Positions 48,774 through 62,088 of a stretch of 64,000 nt of DNA are shown here, piece after piece. Source of the stretch: Lophium mytilinum (taxonomy: Eukaryota). A program made the translations under genes and the position numbers. Position 1 is the stretch's first letter. Every line of letters starts with the position of its first letter. The stretch spans positions 620,001 to 684,000 of the forward strand of contig MU004195.1 in NCBI GenBank assembly GCA_010093605.1. Direction: 5' to 3'. The notes beneath the pieces were generated by a model. It had not been told where the DNA came from. It made no database searches and was given only the letters and a program-made list of their open reading frames with translations.

Positions 48774-50297
48774 ATGCCGTCTCCCACCCCTTCGCAAGCG
48801 CTCAGCAAGCGTAACAACACCACCGCCCTCATGGGCCCTCCCCCAGTCCCGAAACGCCGCAAACGCCCCGCCACCGTCCTCGACGAAGACGTCTACACCG
48901 ACGCCCTCTCCCACATCATCGCGCGCGACTTCTTCCCGGGACTCCTAGAAACCAAGGCGCAACAGGAATACCTCGATGCGCTGGACTCGCAAGACTCGAC
49001 CTGGATCGCCGCCGCGGGCCGCAAGCTCACAGATCTCATGGGCGAAGACGGGCGCAAGATGCGGGGCCGTCGCGGGACCAGCATGGCGCCGAGCATGACG
49101 CCGATGACGCACCTTGGAAGAGCAGGGAGCGAGACGCCGCGGGCGTGGGGCGGCGCAGAGACGCCTGTGTCTGTGGCAGGGTCGTCATTCGGGGGATCCG
49201 AATACAGTGATGGGGAGCGGAAACAAGGGGTGGATCTGAATCTGAGCTTGACCGCGTTCCAGGCGAAATACACGTCGGAGGATAACGAGAGCTTCAACAA
49301 GCTGCTCGATCGCGAGAACGCGCGCAAGGCGGAGAAGTACGCGTGGGCCTACAACGGGAACAAGATCCTCGCGAACCGGCAGGTGATGCACCGCGAGCGC
49401 GAAGCGGCGAAACAGCTCGAAGCGAGCGAGGCCGCACGGCTCGAGGAGAAGGACGGCGAGGCGGCGTCGGCGGTGCTGAAGACCCATCGTCTCGTCACCC
49501 CTCTCGATGCCCGCCCTGCGATGCCAACCTCCGCACCGCATCGACCCAAGAACGCGCTCATGTTCCCTCCGGACTCGGTCGAAGAGACTCACACCACTGC
49601 AGCTATGAAAGCGGAGTCAGCGTCCATGGCACCCCCCAAGAGCGTCCTGCACGCGAACACCCGCTTCCCCAACCCCTCGCTCGACCCCTTCCGCCCAGAC
49701 GACCCGCCCTCGCCAACCCTCTCCGCCGTTCAGGACGCTATCGCAGGCCGGCCGCGCCCAACGGAGAGCGAAGCGGGCTATACCGGCGCCGAAACACCAC
49801 GCGTCGGCGGATATGCGTTTGTAGATGCTGATCCTGATGAACCGCCGCCGCTGGACCTACTCCGGGGCTACGGCGAGCAATCCGGAAGAGGAATTTTCGA
49901 AATCTCGGAGACCGGTCGCCGAGAGAAGTTGCACGATAAGATGGTGGAGCGGCTTGGCAGAGGGAAGAGAGAGGGCAGTGTGGCGAGTTCTAGTAGCTCG
50001 ATGATCTCCAGTATCAAGGGCGGGCCAACGCCGCGGTTTCTCAGTGCGCCGGGTAAGGGGACGAGGGGCAATCTAACGCCGGCGGCGCTGAGGCTGTTTG
50101 AGCGGGTGGGCACGCCGAAGCGGGAGGGGCTGGGAAGTGCGTTTGGGGGAGCGATGGGGGAGAAGAATGAGAGTAGGAGTGCGTGGGAGCCGACGCCGAA
50201 GAGGGGGGATGATGGCGGTAGCGGGGCGTTTGGCGGTGGTGTTGGGTCGAAGAGTTCGTGGACGCCAACGCCGAGAGTGAAGAGGATGATGGGGTGA
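48774..50297 (+). CDS. ESS2: Splicing factor Ess2/DGCR14 (Es2-like)
   Basis: VLDEDVY..LSHIIARDFFPGL, LSLTAFQAKYTSEDNESF, KNALMF, TPRVGGYAFV, LTPAA. Confidence 0.9.
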   Translation: MPSPTPSQALSKRNNTTALMGPPPVPKRRKRPATVLDEDVYTDALSHIIARDFFPGLLETKAQQEYLDALDSQDSTWIAAAGRKLTDLMGEDGRKMRGRRGTSMAPSMTPMTHLGRAGSETPRAWGGAETPVSVAGSSFGGSEYSDGERKQGVDLNLSLTAFQAKYTSEDNESFNKLLDRENARKAEKYAWAYNGNKILANRQVMHREREAAKQLEASEAARLEEKDGEAASAVLKTHRLVTPLDARPAMPTSAPHRPKNALMFPPDSVEETHTTAAMKAESASMAPPKSVLHANTRFPNPSLDPFRPDDPPSPTLSAVQDAIAGRPRPTESEAGYTGAETPRVGGYAFVDADPDEPPPLDLLRGYGEQSGRGIFEISETGRREKLHDKMVERLGRGKREGSVASSSSSMISSIKGGPTPRFLSAPGKGTRGNLTPAALRLFERVGTPKREGLGSAFGGAMGEKNESRSAWEPTPKRGDDGGSGAFGGGVGSKSSWTPTPRVKRMMG

Positions 50298-51274
50298 ACT
50301 GGTCTTCACGAAGACTCGATGTCACTCTACTTCTTTATGCTGGGAAGTGCGAATCACGCTTTACAAGCAAGGTATGTCACTTTCTTTTCTACATGCACAG
50401 CATTGGCGTTTTTCCCCTTTGGATTCACTTCGAAACGGCTGAGCTGCGAATGGCGGATCGCTGGATACGCTAGCTCTGGTAAGGCTAGTGGAGACTCGTT
50501 GAACATCAACTGCCCATGGAATCAACCGTCGAAATTGAGGAGACATGGGTGCTGGGTGTTATTGGGTGGGAGAACCGTTTGGAAGTGCTCCTAGGTTCTG
50601 CTTTCAGGAGAGCGATGTCGTTGATCCACATCGACGTATGGGAGGGCTGCGGTGGCGCATGGAAATGCGCAATGGCTGGGCAACGGAATTAGATAGACAT
50701 GAATGAAAGCCCAGAAGGGCAAGTCTTGGCGGTCAGGAAAAGTGTTGAAGCTAGAATGTGTCAAAACTTGTCAGTCGGGTTGAGGTGTCTTCTGGACAGC
50801 TCGTGTGATTGAGGTCTGATCTTGGGGTGGGCGTCAAAAGGATTGTGAATTCGACCTGGAATCAGCAACCTTTAGTCCACAGTTCAAGATTCAGGCTAGA
50901 AACCTGATGCGTAGCTGAGAGATTGAACATGAATTCAGTGAGTGCTTCGATCACTTTTGCCATGCCCCAAAACGATCCTCCCACTCTGCACATTCCATTC
51001 AGAGCACATAAAAGCGCTGGCAAAACACTGGTATCATCATTTTCTACAAGCCCCTCTTTCGTCTCCTCGTCCGTATCCAATATCTGCTGCTCAAGACGCC
51101 GTGCGCCGAGACTCTCCATCCCTCATACGCCGAAGGAAGCAATCCCTATCTGCTTCTGTGATCTCAGAAGTAGTTCCTTGGAATGCTTCATGCTAGAAGC
51201 CAGCAGGACCACTTCTTCCTAGAAACGCGCCTTGTTCAGTTGAATCTAACAGAACATCCTCCCCGAAGACTCGC

Positions 51275-52279
51275 TTAGTAGAACGATTCAACCATAGTGT
51301 CTTTATTCGTCGTGTTGATAGCGCTGGGGCCCATGCCCTCGCCGAGCCGGAAGACGGACTCGACGACCGAGAGCTCGGTCGCTGTGGTATCGAGGCCTGA
51401 AAATCATACCCATTAGCACGCCATCTTCCACACCCTCCCATCCCCACCAGGACGGAAGCAATCAGAGCCCAGAACATACCAGTCACAGCCATCCAATCGT
51501 TCACCACCATCCCCGCACCTACAACACTACTCCCGCGATTCACGCTGCCCGCCACCAGCGGCACCTGCAGCAAGCTCGACAGCTCGTCCTGGTCCTGCAC
51601 GCTGGTCTTGGGATGCACGATGCCGCCCTGATTGCTCAGCGCCATGTAGCTGCCAGTCAGCACGTTGTCCGCAATGGTCTGCCGGAACACCTCGACGCCC
51701 AGCACGTCGGCGATGATCTCCTCGGTCTCGCGCTCGATGTCCGGGTGCACGAGCGCGACGTGGTCGTTGGCGCAGATGACGTTGCCGAGTGCGGAGAGCC
51801 GCTCCTCGATGCGCTGGATCTTGACGGCGTCGGGGAGCGAGTTGCGGAGGTGCGCGAGTTCTTGGTCGGTGGTTGAGGTGGGGACGAGGAGGCCTTTGCG
51901 GTTACTTTGGAGGGTGTTAGTTGGGTCTGTGTGTCTTTTTGGAGGCCTTTGGGAGGGGGAGGGGGAGGGGTGGTTACCCAGCGGTCAACCGCCCTACTAT
52001 CCGTGTGCCTGCGATCGTGGCGTGGCAGATGGGTATCACGTCCTGCAGTTCGGCTTCGAAGACGCTGTAGAAGTTCTCCGAGGCGCCAACGGCGACGATG
52101 GCGTAGGCGTTTGTGAGGGTTGCGAAGACGCCGACCCTGTGGTTCACATCTTATCAGTATAAATCTCTACATAGCAAGTTCGAGGTTGAAAGTTGAGGTC
52201 ATGGTGTTCCCCTCTTCAATCTCATAGCGGGGCAGAAAACTCACTCGTTCGAGTTCTCAAATTGTGCGCGGACCGCCAT
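51275..52279 (-). CDS. TIF6: Eukaryotic translation initiation factor 6, 4 exons
   Basis: [63 protein letters not shown], ending VESFY*. Confidence 0.97.
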
Positions 52280-53666
52280 GATTGCTGGGGGGTTCGAGGT
52301 CTGCGTGTCTAGTGGTAGAATGGTTAGAAGAAGGGGAGGGTAAGGGTAAAGGTTGTGTTTGGTAGTATGCAGTCGAGTTGGTGAGGTTGAGTTAGTGGTG
52401 CGGTGAAAATGGTAGCGCAATAGCGGCGCTTTTGTAAGGAGCGATCGACGTCAGGTCCGGCGGGGGGCGCTCGGACCCTTGCTCAGCCTCCGCCTCAGGC
52501 GATGAGTCGAAATGACAAACCGCCACACGCTCCAGTATGACTGTTCGGGAGCTGCAGTCATGCGTTTGCGCTGCGACTGTGGAACGACGTTGCGACGGCG
52601 CTTGTGGCTATGGTATTGTGAATGCATTCTTTTGCATTAGGCCAATGGGAACATGGAGATATAGTTTTAACACAAATTTGCCTTGTGGTGGAGATCCCTG
52701 GTACTAAACTCTCCCTTGTCGCTCCATAGGTAGAGTGTTTCATCATAGGTCTGTTGTACTGCCATCCGTGAATGCACTTCTAGTACCCAAAAGGTGTAAT
52801 CCTATTCAAGTTATATGTGGTCAGACGACACCGTCTAAGGCGCCCGATGAATTGACAGAATGTCCGGTATTGAGGAAATCCGTTTCCTTCAATAAACGAA
52901 GTAAATACAGAAATCACTGGGCAACCTCAGGCGCCGCAAATCTCAGCGATGTAATACTATTTCAGAAAAGAATCGTTATATTCGCGTGCCCATCATCCGA
53001 GCCACCTCCAGAATTACAGATCCTACACTTTAAAAATGATACTATACAAATATCGAGTGCTTCGCGCACCAGCAATCTCAGCAATTTCATCCATACAATC
53101 AAGCTCTGGCTCCGGCTCGCTTCGCGCAGAAGTCGGCCGGACTCATCAGAAGATTTAGAAAGAGGACACAAGGAAACGTTCGCAAGTGATTACAACACTA
53201 TAGAAACATACATCAAGAGCGCGTAGACTCTTGCGTAATTCATAAAAGGCATGCGGCAAACTCGCCCCGCTAGCTCCGTCGCTGGAAAAAGACAAAAAAC
53301 TATGCAACGCTTGCATTCGACGTGAAGGGTTCTTTTTCGCTCGTATGTTCTAAGAATCAGAGAGATTCCATCAGATTCAATTCATGACGGTCGATATGAT
53401 GTCGACCTGTCGTTGAACCGTTCATTCGTAGCGAGACAATGAGAAAAAGGAAAAGCGTTATTAGGAGATATAGCTGTAGATGGTGTTTGTGGAGGTGTCG
53501 GTGATTCGTGATATCAGAGAGCTTTGAATCGTGGCAAAATGAAATGGGCAGAAAGAGTGAAGCCCGCTGGTGGGTAGATCGTGATCATATGAGTCAAGAT
53601 CGACATTGGTGTGGTTTTGTAGGTTCGTGAAATGTGCAGCAACGTTCGTAGTGGTGTTCCTCATCA

Positions 53667-55982
53667 TTACATACGCGATGCGACTATGGCAAGCGCAATC
53701 TGGATGATTGTCAACATTTAGGTAGAGCAAGGAGCACGAGGAAACTCACTATTGCTCCAATGAGCAGTATTCCAACAGCAGACATAATTCGATTTAGATT
53801 CCTCCACCAGAATGCTTTTTGGTAGTTTCGCCCATCGACAGGTCCGACGTGCTGTGCCAGTTGTCGCTCAAGGTCCGCTTGACTGGGTGTCGCTTCTTTG
53901 GAGAGTTCGGGGTTGGGAGGGATAGGAAGAAACGACGCAATCATCCAAGCTGTCAATTTATTAGCGACGTGTCCAGATGGCTGATTCCTCTAATTCCGAT
54001 CGACCACTTACCGAACGGGAAGATGAAACCTAAACAGAACAGCAGAATTTGCCTATTTTGCCGGCTAAACATCATGGTACTGAATGTCTCGTCGAGTGAT
54101 GGTGCTCGCCACGCGCTCAACCGTGCGGTACTTCTTTTATCGGGACGCAATCGTGGAGCAGACATTTCAGATATAGGTCGACGGGTCATGGGACCAAACA
54201 CGGAGATGTCTTGCTCAATTGACACATTAGATATCACCATTGAATCCGCTACATCTTGCGATTGCTGCTGGTGTGGCCGATTTCGCGGTCGATATATGCT
54301 CAATGGAAAGTTCCCCTCAGATGGTGTTTGTGTTCGGCCACTTTGTGCTGTGGGAACTCGACTGTCTGATGCTTCGGTGGAAGAGTCAGGGGCTCCCATT
54401 GAGGTCCGTTCATCACCGCGACGATAGTAAACCCTTTAAAATGTTAGACCTTTTCCGAAAGTTGGGGTTCGAAGACAACATACCTTGCCCATGCTGGGAT
54501 CGTGCTTGCAATAAAGTTTGCGAAATCAGATTGTGACGAGCCTGGACGTGACCCCGGACGCGAATCATTACTATTATGCCGGCTCAAATAGCCAGACCGC
54601 TGTTGCCTCAGTGGAGGGGACTGAAGAGGCGAAACTACATCTCGATGCTCGTCAGATTCGCGGCCTTCTTCAGGTCGCAATGACGGCGAGAACAGAGGCA
54701 GTGGCACAGAAACTGAAGAGTCCGTGGGCTCCGAATTATATACAGCATTATCAGAGGAAGCGACACTCGATATTGTCTGCCTGCGAGGTATCGGTGCGCT
54801 TGGCCTTGGATGCTCCACCGACTGCGAACTTCTATAGGAGGCTAGTTGGGATCCCCGATCAGATATTTGCTGCGAACCCGCATTGGAGCCACGCTCCGAC
54901 TCTGATGCGATTGTTGAAAGCTGAGAGCTCCACTGATGCACCTGCGAGGCGCGATTGTTCATTCGGGACGGATGCTTGGGCAGCACGCGAGACTCTGCGA
55001 AAAGACCGCTTGCCGACGGTGGCCGAACAATCGGGAATTGAACTCTGACTCCACTCTCAAGACTGACCTGACGAGCGGCATAGATAGGCGGCGAAGACGA
55101 GAGGGTTGGAGAGGAGGACGATCTCGGGCGGTCGTATTCATACGATAGATCCGAAGAAGCGAGTGACTCTGACGAGCTTTTGAGGGCTGGTTTCAACGGG
55201 ACCCGATTAATGGACGAAGCCTGCTTCTTCTTCCCGTTGGAACCAGTAGGTGGAGGCCGCCTGTGGCTCCGCAGTGGGGGTGTGAGTGGTACTCGCGGAT
55301 TGGAACTGGACGAGGGCCTCCGATCTTCGTGTGCTCTGTAGGTGAAGGTCTCGGACGAGGCAGTAGATGCAAGAGATGCTGCAGATGCTCTGGGAGTTAA
55401 TGCGTGGCCTTCGGACGAAAAGGAAGGAATGACAGCCCGAATAGTCGAGCGTTTTGGCGAGGGAGCGCTCTCCTGTAGTGTTCCCAAATCACTCAATCTC
55501 TCATGGCCGGGAGCAGTCGGCGATACCGGGGGAGTAGTGCCAGTGGAGAATCGACTGGACGAGGGCGAGAAGGGCGAATTGTTCACGACGGTGTCTGCGT
55601 CTGAGGTGGTCGATGCCGAGCTCCTATCAGCTCTCCTGGGTTGCAGTGGTTTCGGGACCAGGGTATTGATGGTCTCAGGGTTTGGCACGGTATTGGTGGC
55701 ATCATTGCGATCTGAAACGCGAGCCCCCCGGTCCTCGAACGCATAACCAGCTGGTGCCTTGCGAGGAGGCAGTAATTGTGCGGGATTGCTCGGGAACGGG
55801 CTCTTCCCATAGATCTGTGCGCCTGGGTCTTCGACGATGCGGATTGTGGGGCTGGAGTACTGATTGGTCTGCGAGTCTGAGCGTTCGTGCAGTGGGCGTC
55901 TTTTGGGCGAGGAGTGCGCGGAGGAATGTGGCGAGTGTTTTGGAGAGTGCGACCGAGCGGTCCGGGTGGTATTGGAGGACAT
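53667..55982 (-). CDS. Fungal serine-rich protein with C-terminal TM segments, 4 exons
   Basis: RRPLHERS N-terminal motif, IPAWAR, ILLFCLGFIFPF|AWMIASFLP, WWRNLNRIM; canonical introns. Confidence 0.8.
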
Positions 55983-57051
55983 TGGAAGGTTGAGAGAGGG
56001 TCGTAATGCTGTACAGGTCGGAGGGACGAGAGGATTGGAACAGGGAGGTTGCCGTTGACATTAAATTAGGAGATATAGGAACAAGAAAAAAGATAATAAA
56101 AAAAAAGTGCCGTATGGCGTCTGTAAAGAGTGACGAGAAGAGTTACACAAGCATGTCAAAAGAGTGACTGGTTTCTACAAATGCATTAAAAAAAGCGAGA
56201 AGGATTGGAGAGGAGAGGAGGACAGGTGGGCGACAGATAAAACTGCGCTCCTTTCGAGGCTACTGCACGCTGCAGGACTGCTGCACTCGGTTCTGCAGGC
56301 GGGCGGGGAGCCTCCAATGCCAGCTCAGGAACCCGCAGAAGTCACAGGCACGGGCCGGAGAGCTGAACCGGGCGCGCTCGGATGATGCTGAGGTGTCGGT
56401 GAGGGCTGGGATCACGGGGATTGATTCTTCGTCGTCGACTTCTTCTCTTCAACACCACGCGCAGGAACCCCTCGGTCTATATTTCTGTGCGCCCCTCGGT
56501 CCCGCCGATTGCGCAAGACGGTTCGGTCGCGATTCTCGAATTTCCCCTTATCCTCTATCGATAGGCCTCAACGGCCGCCAAAACGCGTCGACGGCGATGG
56601 GCTGGGATATCGCGTGTGGGAAATTGGGAATAATTTTAGCAGCGGGTTCCTGGCCAGTGAGATCGGGGCCCGCGGACCGTTGGAGGCTCGAGGACTGGCT
56701 GCCGGTCCCTGCGCGAGCTGAGTGGGCCGAGAGCAGAGCCAGGGGGTGGCGGATCAGATGTCGCGGTGCGGTGCGGAGGGGTGATGCAGAGTTTGTGGTG
56801 TTTGCATTCGAGGTCCCGTGACCTGCAACTGGCGCTTATCGTGGACTTCGTATTGTTCTGGGTGTTGATGGATCCTTTGGAATGCTGCCACGGCATATCT
56901 GAGCCCTTATATCTGCCACAACTCGACCCTCCTCGCCCGACAACCACGCCGGCTGCTTCATCAACGCGCACATGGCGCCCATTGGCGTGCTCCACCGCCT
57001 GAGGACCTACTACTCCAAGGAGCCCGGTACGTCGACATCCACTGGCTGACA

Positions 57052-58321
57052 ATGGCCAGCGTTCGAAACGCCCATCTGCACTCCCCACCCCTCGCGTTCT
57101 ACACCTCCACTGCCGCCCCGTAGTCGCCTGTGTATCCTCCTGTGTCTACATGTCTAGTCCTAACATTTTCACAGCTCAGAAAGCACCAGCCATCTCTCCC
57201 GGCACTGCGGCTGCGTTGTCGGTGCGTCCCGCTTCATCGTGTTTCAATCTCCACTCCCTCCCTGCCCCGCGTTATGTGATCTGCCTATGAGCAGCCTGCA
57301 ATATCTCCCTTTTATGCTAATACTGACCACTGCCGTCGCAGGTCCTCTTTACCCTCATCTACGTCGTCCCATTCTACCTCTCCAAAGCCACCCGCCCCTC
57401 CCCACAGCTCTCACGCGATGCCCCCTCGTCCATCCGCGCCCGCATACGCGCTGTCACTCTATCATGCTTCCTTAGTGCTATTCTCACAATATACGTCATC
57501 CTAGACTGGAGTGCTGTCACTCCCTCGGAGGCTCTGAAGCTGCTAGGCTGGTGGCCAATCTCCGTCGTCGACATAACAAAGACCTTGCTCCTGGTCTCCA
57601 TCCTATTTGCGGGCCCGTTGTTCGAGGCTGGTATTGTTGATGGGGGCTGGAAGGACTGGGTCCGCGGGACTTACGTCCTCCAGACCCTACGCAGCTGGAT
57701 TGGATACAGAAACTTCGTCGCTGTACGGCTCCACTCTGAAGTGCAAGACGTTACGCTCACTCTCGGCAGGGCCCAATTAGTGAGGAAATCATATGGCGCT
57801 CCCTCATCATCCCCATCCATATCCTGGCCAACGTATCGACTACGAAGATCATTTTCGTGACTCCACTATACTTTGGAATTGCCCACGTCCACCACTACTA
57901 CGAATTTAGGCTTACACATCCGCATACTTCAATGCTACCAGCGCTTATGCGCTCCCTCTTTCAGTTCACCTATACCTCATTGTTCGGCTTCTTCGCCGCC
58001 TTCGTCTTCCTCCGCACGGGCAACGTCTACTCCATAGTTCTTGCCCATACCTTCTGCAACTGGCAGGGCCTGCCACGCGTGTGGGGCAGGGTTGGCGTTG
58101 ATGCTGGAGAAATCATCGGTCCTGCAGATGCTGGAAAGAAGGAAGACACGAAAGGGTCAAGTAATGGTGTCGTGGCGACGAGTCCTGGCACAGGCGTTGG
58201 TTGGACAGCGGCATACTACGTCTTACTGGTCAGCGGAGCCGTAGGTTTCTATTGGATGCTGTTTCCGCTGACCGAGAGCGCAAACGCGTTGCCTGTATTT
58301 CAGGCTACGAAGCAGCAATAA
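57052..58321 (+). CDS. RCE1: CAAX prenyl protease 2 (multi-exon)
   Basis: RNFVA|GPISEEIIWR, FGIAHVHH, FQFTYTSLFG, HTFCNWQGLP. Confidence 0.92.
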
Positions 58322-58921
58322 CCCACCCCAAAACTCGGCCACGAAGGCACGACCGTAATTCGGCATCCAAAGAGGTAGGTATTTTGGGTAATATCAATCG
58401 AATATTTACCATGCATGATTCTCACAGCGCACGATTCAGTGCATTTTATCTTCTCCTCGCTACCACTCCCATATCTGTGACGTCCTTCTCCTCCTTGCCA
58501 TTCTAATATGTGTGACATCCTTCTCCTGTCATTATCAACTTGCTGTTGGTGTAACTCTGGGAGTGTTCAGGAAAAAATAAAAGAAAGCCGCGACCTCGAA
58601 TCTTGCCCCGTTGCTGAATTATCGAAACTGCTTCAGCAGCGGCACAAGGGGGCACTATAAATTCCTTGTTCTCATTTTAGTGCGAGTGTTAAGAGGCTCG
58701 CGACGTCGGTCTAACAGCAGCAACAAATTTCCAAAGGCGATCGATAAGATTTCGTCGTCAGGCTATACAACATGTTAGACATCTAACGTATTCACTATAC
58801 ACCCGGGTCGACGCATCCACGAAGTCAAAGACACACTCTGACAAAGCGTGGTGATTTCTCTACAAAGACTGATATCGATAAAGAGAAGAAGGCGCAATCA
58901 AACAGCGACCTAGTAGGCATG

Positions 58922-60608
58922 TCAATCGTCATCCAAGTGCGCCGACTGCTTCCTCCTCTTGATCGTCAGCTCGATATCCCGCGGAACCGAGAAGTCACTG
59001 AACTCGTTGTTCGCATACCGCTCCTCCAGCGGCTGGATGTCGTAGTTCAGCGCGATATACGCAAGCAACAGCTTCAGCTCGTGGGCAGAGAAGAAACGGC
59101 CTGGGCTGTTCGCAGATCAGTCTATGCTCGGAGAAAAAGGAGAAGAAAGAAAAAGGGGCACAAACCAAGCATGTCTCCCCAACCCAAACCCCAAGAACGT
59201 CTCCCCCGCCGCAATCATGCCCGCGCCCTCCACCCCCACAAACCTCCACGGATCGAAAGTCATCGGATCCTTATAAAACCTCTCATCAAAATGCACCCCA
59301 TACGTCGGCAGCGCCACCCTCGTCCCCTTCGGCAAATACGTCCCATCCGGCAGCACCACCCCCTTCCTCGCCACCACTTCCCGATCCACCCCCTTCAGCT
59401 TGAATGGGCTAAACCTCAAGCTCTCCCGAAATACACTATCATTCTTCACCAACTGATTCACCGCCGCCTTACTCCACACGCCCCCATGCGCCCGCAGCAC
59501 CCCCACCGCCTCCCTCCGTATCTCCCCCCAACAATCCCGCCCCACCCCCGCCGGACTCAGTATATCCAGCAACGCATTCACCATCGTCATCGTGCTGGTA
59601 TGGATCCCCACAAAATTCAGCGACAGCAGCCGGCTGCAGATCGATCGCGCGTTGCGGTCCGCGGGATCCGCGCTGCGCACCGCGTACCGCGCGAAGAACT
59701 GCAGCATATCGCGCGGCTCGTCGTAGGTCGGCACAGCCGCCGTCTGCGCAGCCGCACACGCGCGCAGGTGGTGCTCGATGAGCGGGACGATGTAGCGCGA
59801 GCAGCGGTAGTCGTAGTAGCGGCAGGGCAGCGCGACGAGGGGGCCGAGCAGCGGGTGCAGCAGCTTCGGGATCGCGTTGTTGATGACCCCCGCGCTCAGC
59901 GCGATGGTGTTGACGAAGGCGGTTTGGTAGGTGATGTAGGTTGGGTTGCGGCTGAGGGCGGCGCCGACGAAGACGCGGTTCGTGATGCGGCAGATGGCTG
60001 TGTTCATGGTGGATATCGGGACGCGCTGCCAGGAGGAGGTGTCGAGGCCCCAGAGGCTGTCGATGGAGGTGGCGATTTCGTCGATGATGTCGGGTGTCAT
60101 GCGGTCGAGGGGCATTTTGTTGAGGGCTTCGACGTGGAAGGGCCGCGTGAAGGTCCAGGAGCTCGGCGAGGTGTAGTGGAATTGGACGGCGTCTTTGAGG
60201 ACTTCGGCGATGGAAAGCACGTCGTCGGGTTGGGCGATCAGCCAGCGGAAGTGGGTTGGCGGGAGGATGATGACGGGGCGGAAGGTTATGTTGGGGCTGA
60301 TGAAGGCTTTGCCGATTTTGCAGTACTATGTACGAATCTGTCAGATGGGGTAATGGATGTGGGAGGAATTGAGAGGCTGTCACCTTCTCATACCCTTCTT
60401 TCAGATGGGCGGGTGCAGCGAAGACGTCCCTGAGGTGCAGGCGGGTGGTTGCGAAGCGCTCGTCACGTAGGCCGATCCAGGGGAGACCTGCTGGCACAAT
60501 TCTATCCTTTGTGGCTCGTCGGTGTAGAAGGTAGAGTAGCGAAAGGAACGCTGCTGTGAGCGCTAGACTGCTCAGCGAAAACGATTGTGGGAAGTAATTT
60601 GGAGCCAT
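58922..60608 (-). CDS. Cytochrome P450 (ent-kaurene-oxidase-like), 3 exons
   Basis: N-terminal TM anchor, NFVGIHTS I-helix, ESLR (ExxR), FDPWRF, FGLGRHA|CPGRFF heme motif split by an intron. Confidence 0.93.
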
Positions 60609-61107
60609 GATGCGGGCTGAGACAGATTCGTGGAGCAACGAGTCCTAGAATTGGATTAGAGGCAACCGGCGAGGTGAATGCGAGAAGTTTTGCATGTTGC
60701 AATTCGTTTCGCTACCGTTCGTTAGTATTGTTCCATAAGCGATTACCCGATATGGATGAGGTTTTCTTTGATGGGAGATGCATGGCTAGTTGCAATTCAC
60801 GATTTGCTCGTGCTGAAAGCCACTGAGTGCACAAAGACACCCTGAATATATCACTTAGCTTGAGAATACTGTATTCACAAGCTGGGTGGGAATAGAACCC
60901 ATTCAGGGGCAATATCCCGCTTAGGTCATCAACCACATGGTCATTCACGTGACGAGCCGAATTCAGCAAGGGATGCGGCACATAACCACACGGTCCTTCG
61001 AACGTTGCAATCGCTGCATTACCCATCTGGGTCTAATCGCTCTTACCTTCCATAACTCAAGATGCTCCTTGAAAGTCAGCGGTAGCCCGACCTCCCTCTC
61101 CTATCCA

Positions 61108-62088
61108 TCAGAACACCTCCTCACATCCCACCTCATCCTTACACAACCGCCCACTCGCACACTTTTCACAGCCCCCACTACTCGTCGAACTCGCCACCAG
61201 CCAGCAATCCGCCGCGGGCTGCAAGTGCGTGATCGCGTACCCCAGATCCGCACCAATCGTGAACTCCACACAGAGGGTCTGCCGCGTGAGATGGTTCATA
61301 CTAGAGCACGCGTCCATGCAGTCTTGCAGCGAGTAGGTGACGATGGCGGCAATTACGCCGTAGCCGGACATGGAGGTGCCGTTGGTGCAGCGGAAGGCGC
61401 AAGCGCCGTCGGTGTCGTGGAGGAGGAGGTGTTCGATGAAGGCGTGAGAGGCGGCGGGCAGGAGGTGGCGATTAGGGGAATAGTGGAGGGTGCGGGGGGT
61501 TTGTAGATGGCGGGTGCAGAGGAAGATGTTGGTGATGGTGATGGTGATTGGGATGCGAGTTGCTGTTACTGTTGGCGGTGGAGGGAGATGGATCTGCGTT
61601 GCTTGTGGTTAGTTATGGTGTCATGAAGCAGTTGGTACAGAGAAGCGAAGGGATGATCTAGGAAGAATGTTGAATACGAGACATATTTCTTACTTCGCGT
61701 GTTGAACTGCTAGCGAACCGCCAACGCCACCACCCATAGCCGCTCCAAATACGACTAAAGCAAGAGTAAGGAGCAGCCAAAACGTGGTCTTCCGGAGACC
61801 TAAGATTCTCTTCTCAACCGGGATATCGCATTCATCGAATGGGGGAGGAGACTGCTCATTGTACTCCAGGCCGGCAACTGAGTACACTTGAGGAGCATCA
61901 ATGGAAGGCTTCGAGGGTTTGTAGTTGTGTAGGCCACTATCTTCCGAGAACACCTCAGGAGCGTCAGCCACATTCCAGGCAGGTTGATGAAGATAACGAG
62001 AAACTTGACATAGGTGAGAGAGTATAGTCGAATATGGATAACAGATCGCAATAGTTGCTCTACCCCATCTACTAGTATATTGCGGCAT
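61108..62088 (-). pseudogene. Degenerate gene for a membrane-anchored Cys-rich protein
   Basis: RILGLRKTTFWL..GGGVGG TM motif, then an intron, an S/P linker with in-frame TAA (61568-61566), and a frameshift before YSLQDCMDACS..C..DCWL. Confidence 0.55.

Noticed and set aside
50862..51119. 85-aa ORF downstream of eIF6, possibly a gene relic
   Set aside because: Preceded by an in-frame stop and no family recognised; cannot be supported without a search.
58919..60433. 504-aa + strand ORF
   Set aside because: Antisense shadow of the GC-rich P450; Arg/Pro/His-rich with no motif. The same applies to most short ORFs overlapping sepA, the MDR gene and ESS2.
28072..61568. Stop-codon reassignment (TAA/TAG = Gln) to explain in-frame stops
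   Set aside because: Conserved genes (FDH, eIF6, Rcf2, Hsp31) end normally at TAG/TAA, and the other broken genes also carry frameshifts.
57052..62088. Secondary-metabolite cluster around the P450
   Set aside because: No PKS, NRPS or terpene synthase backbone gene in the window; it could lie beyond the right edge.
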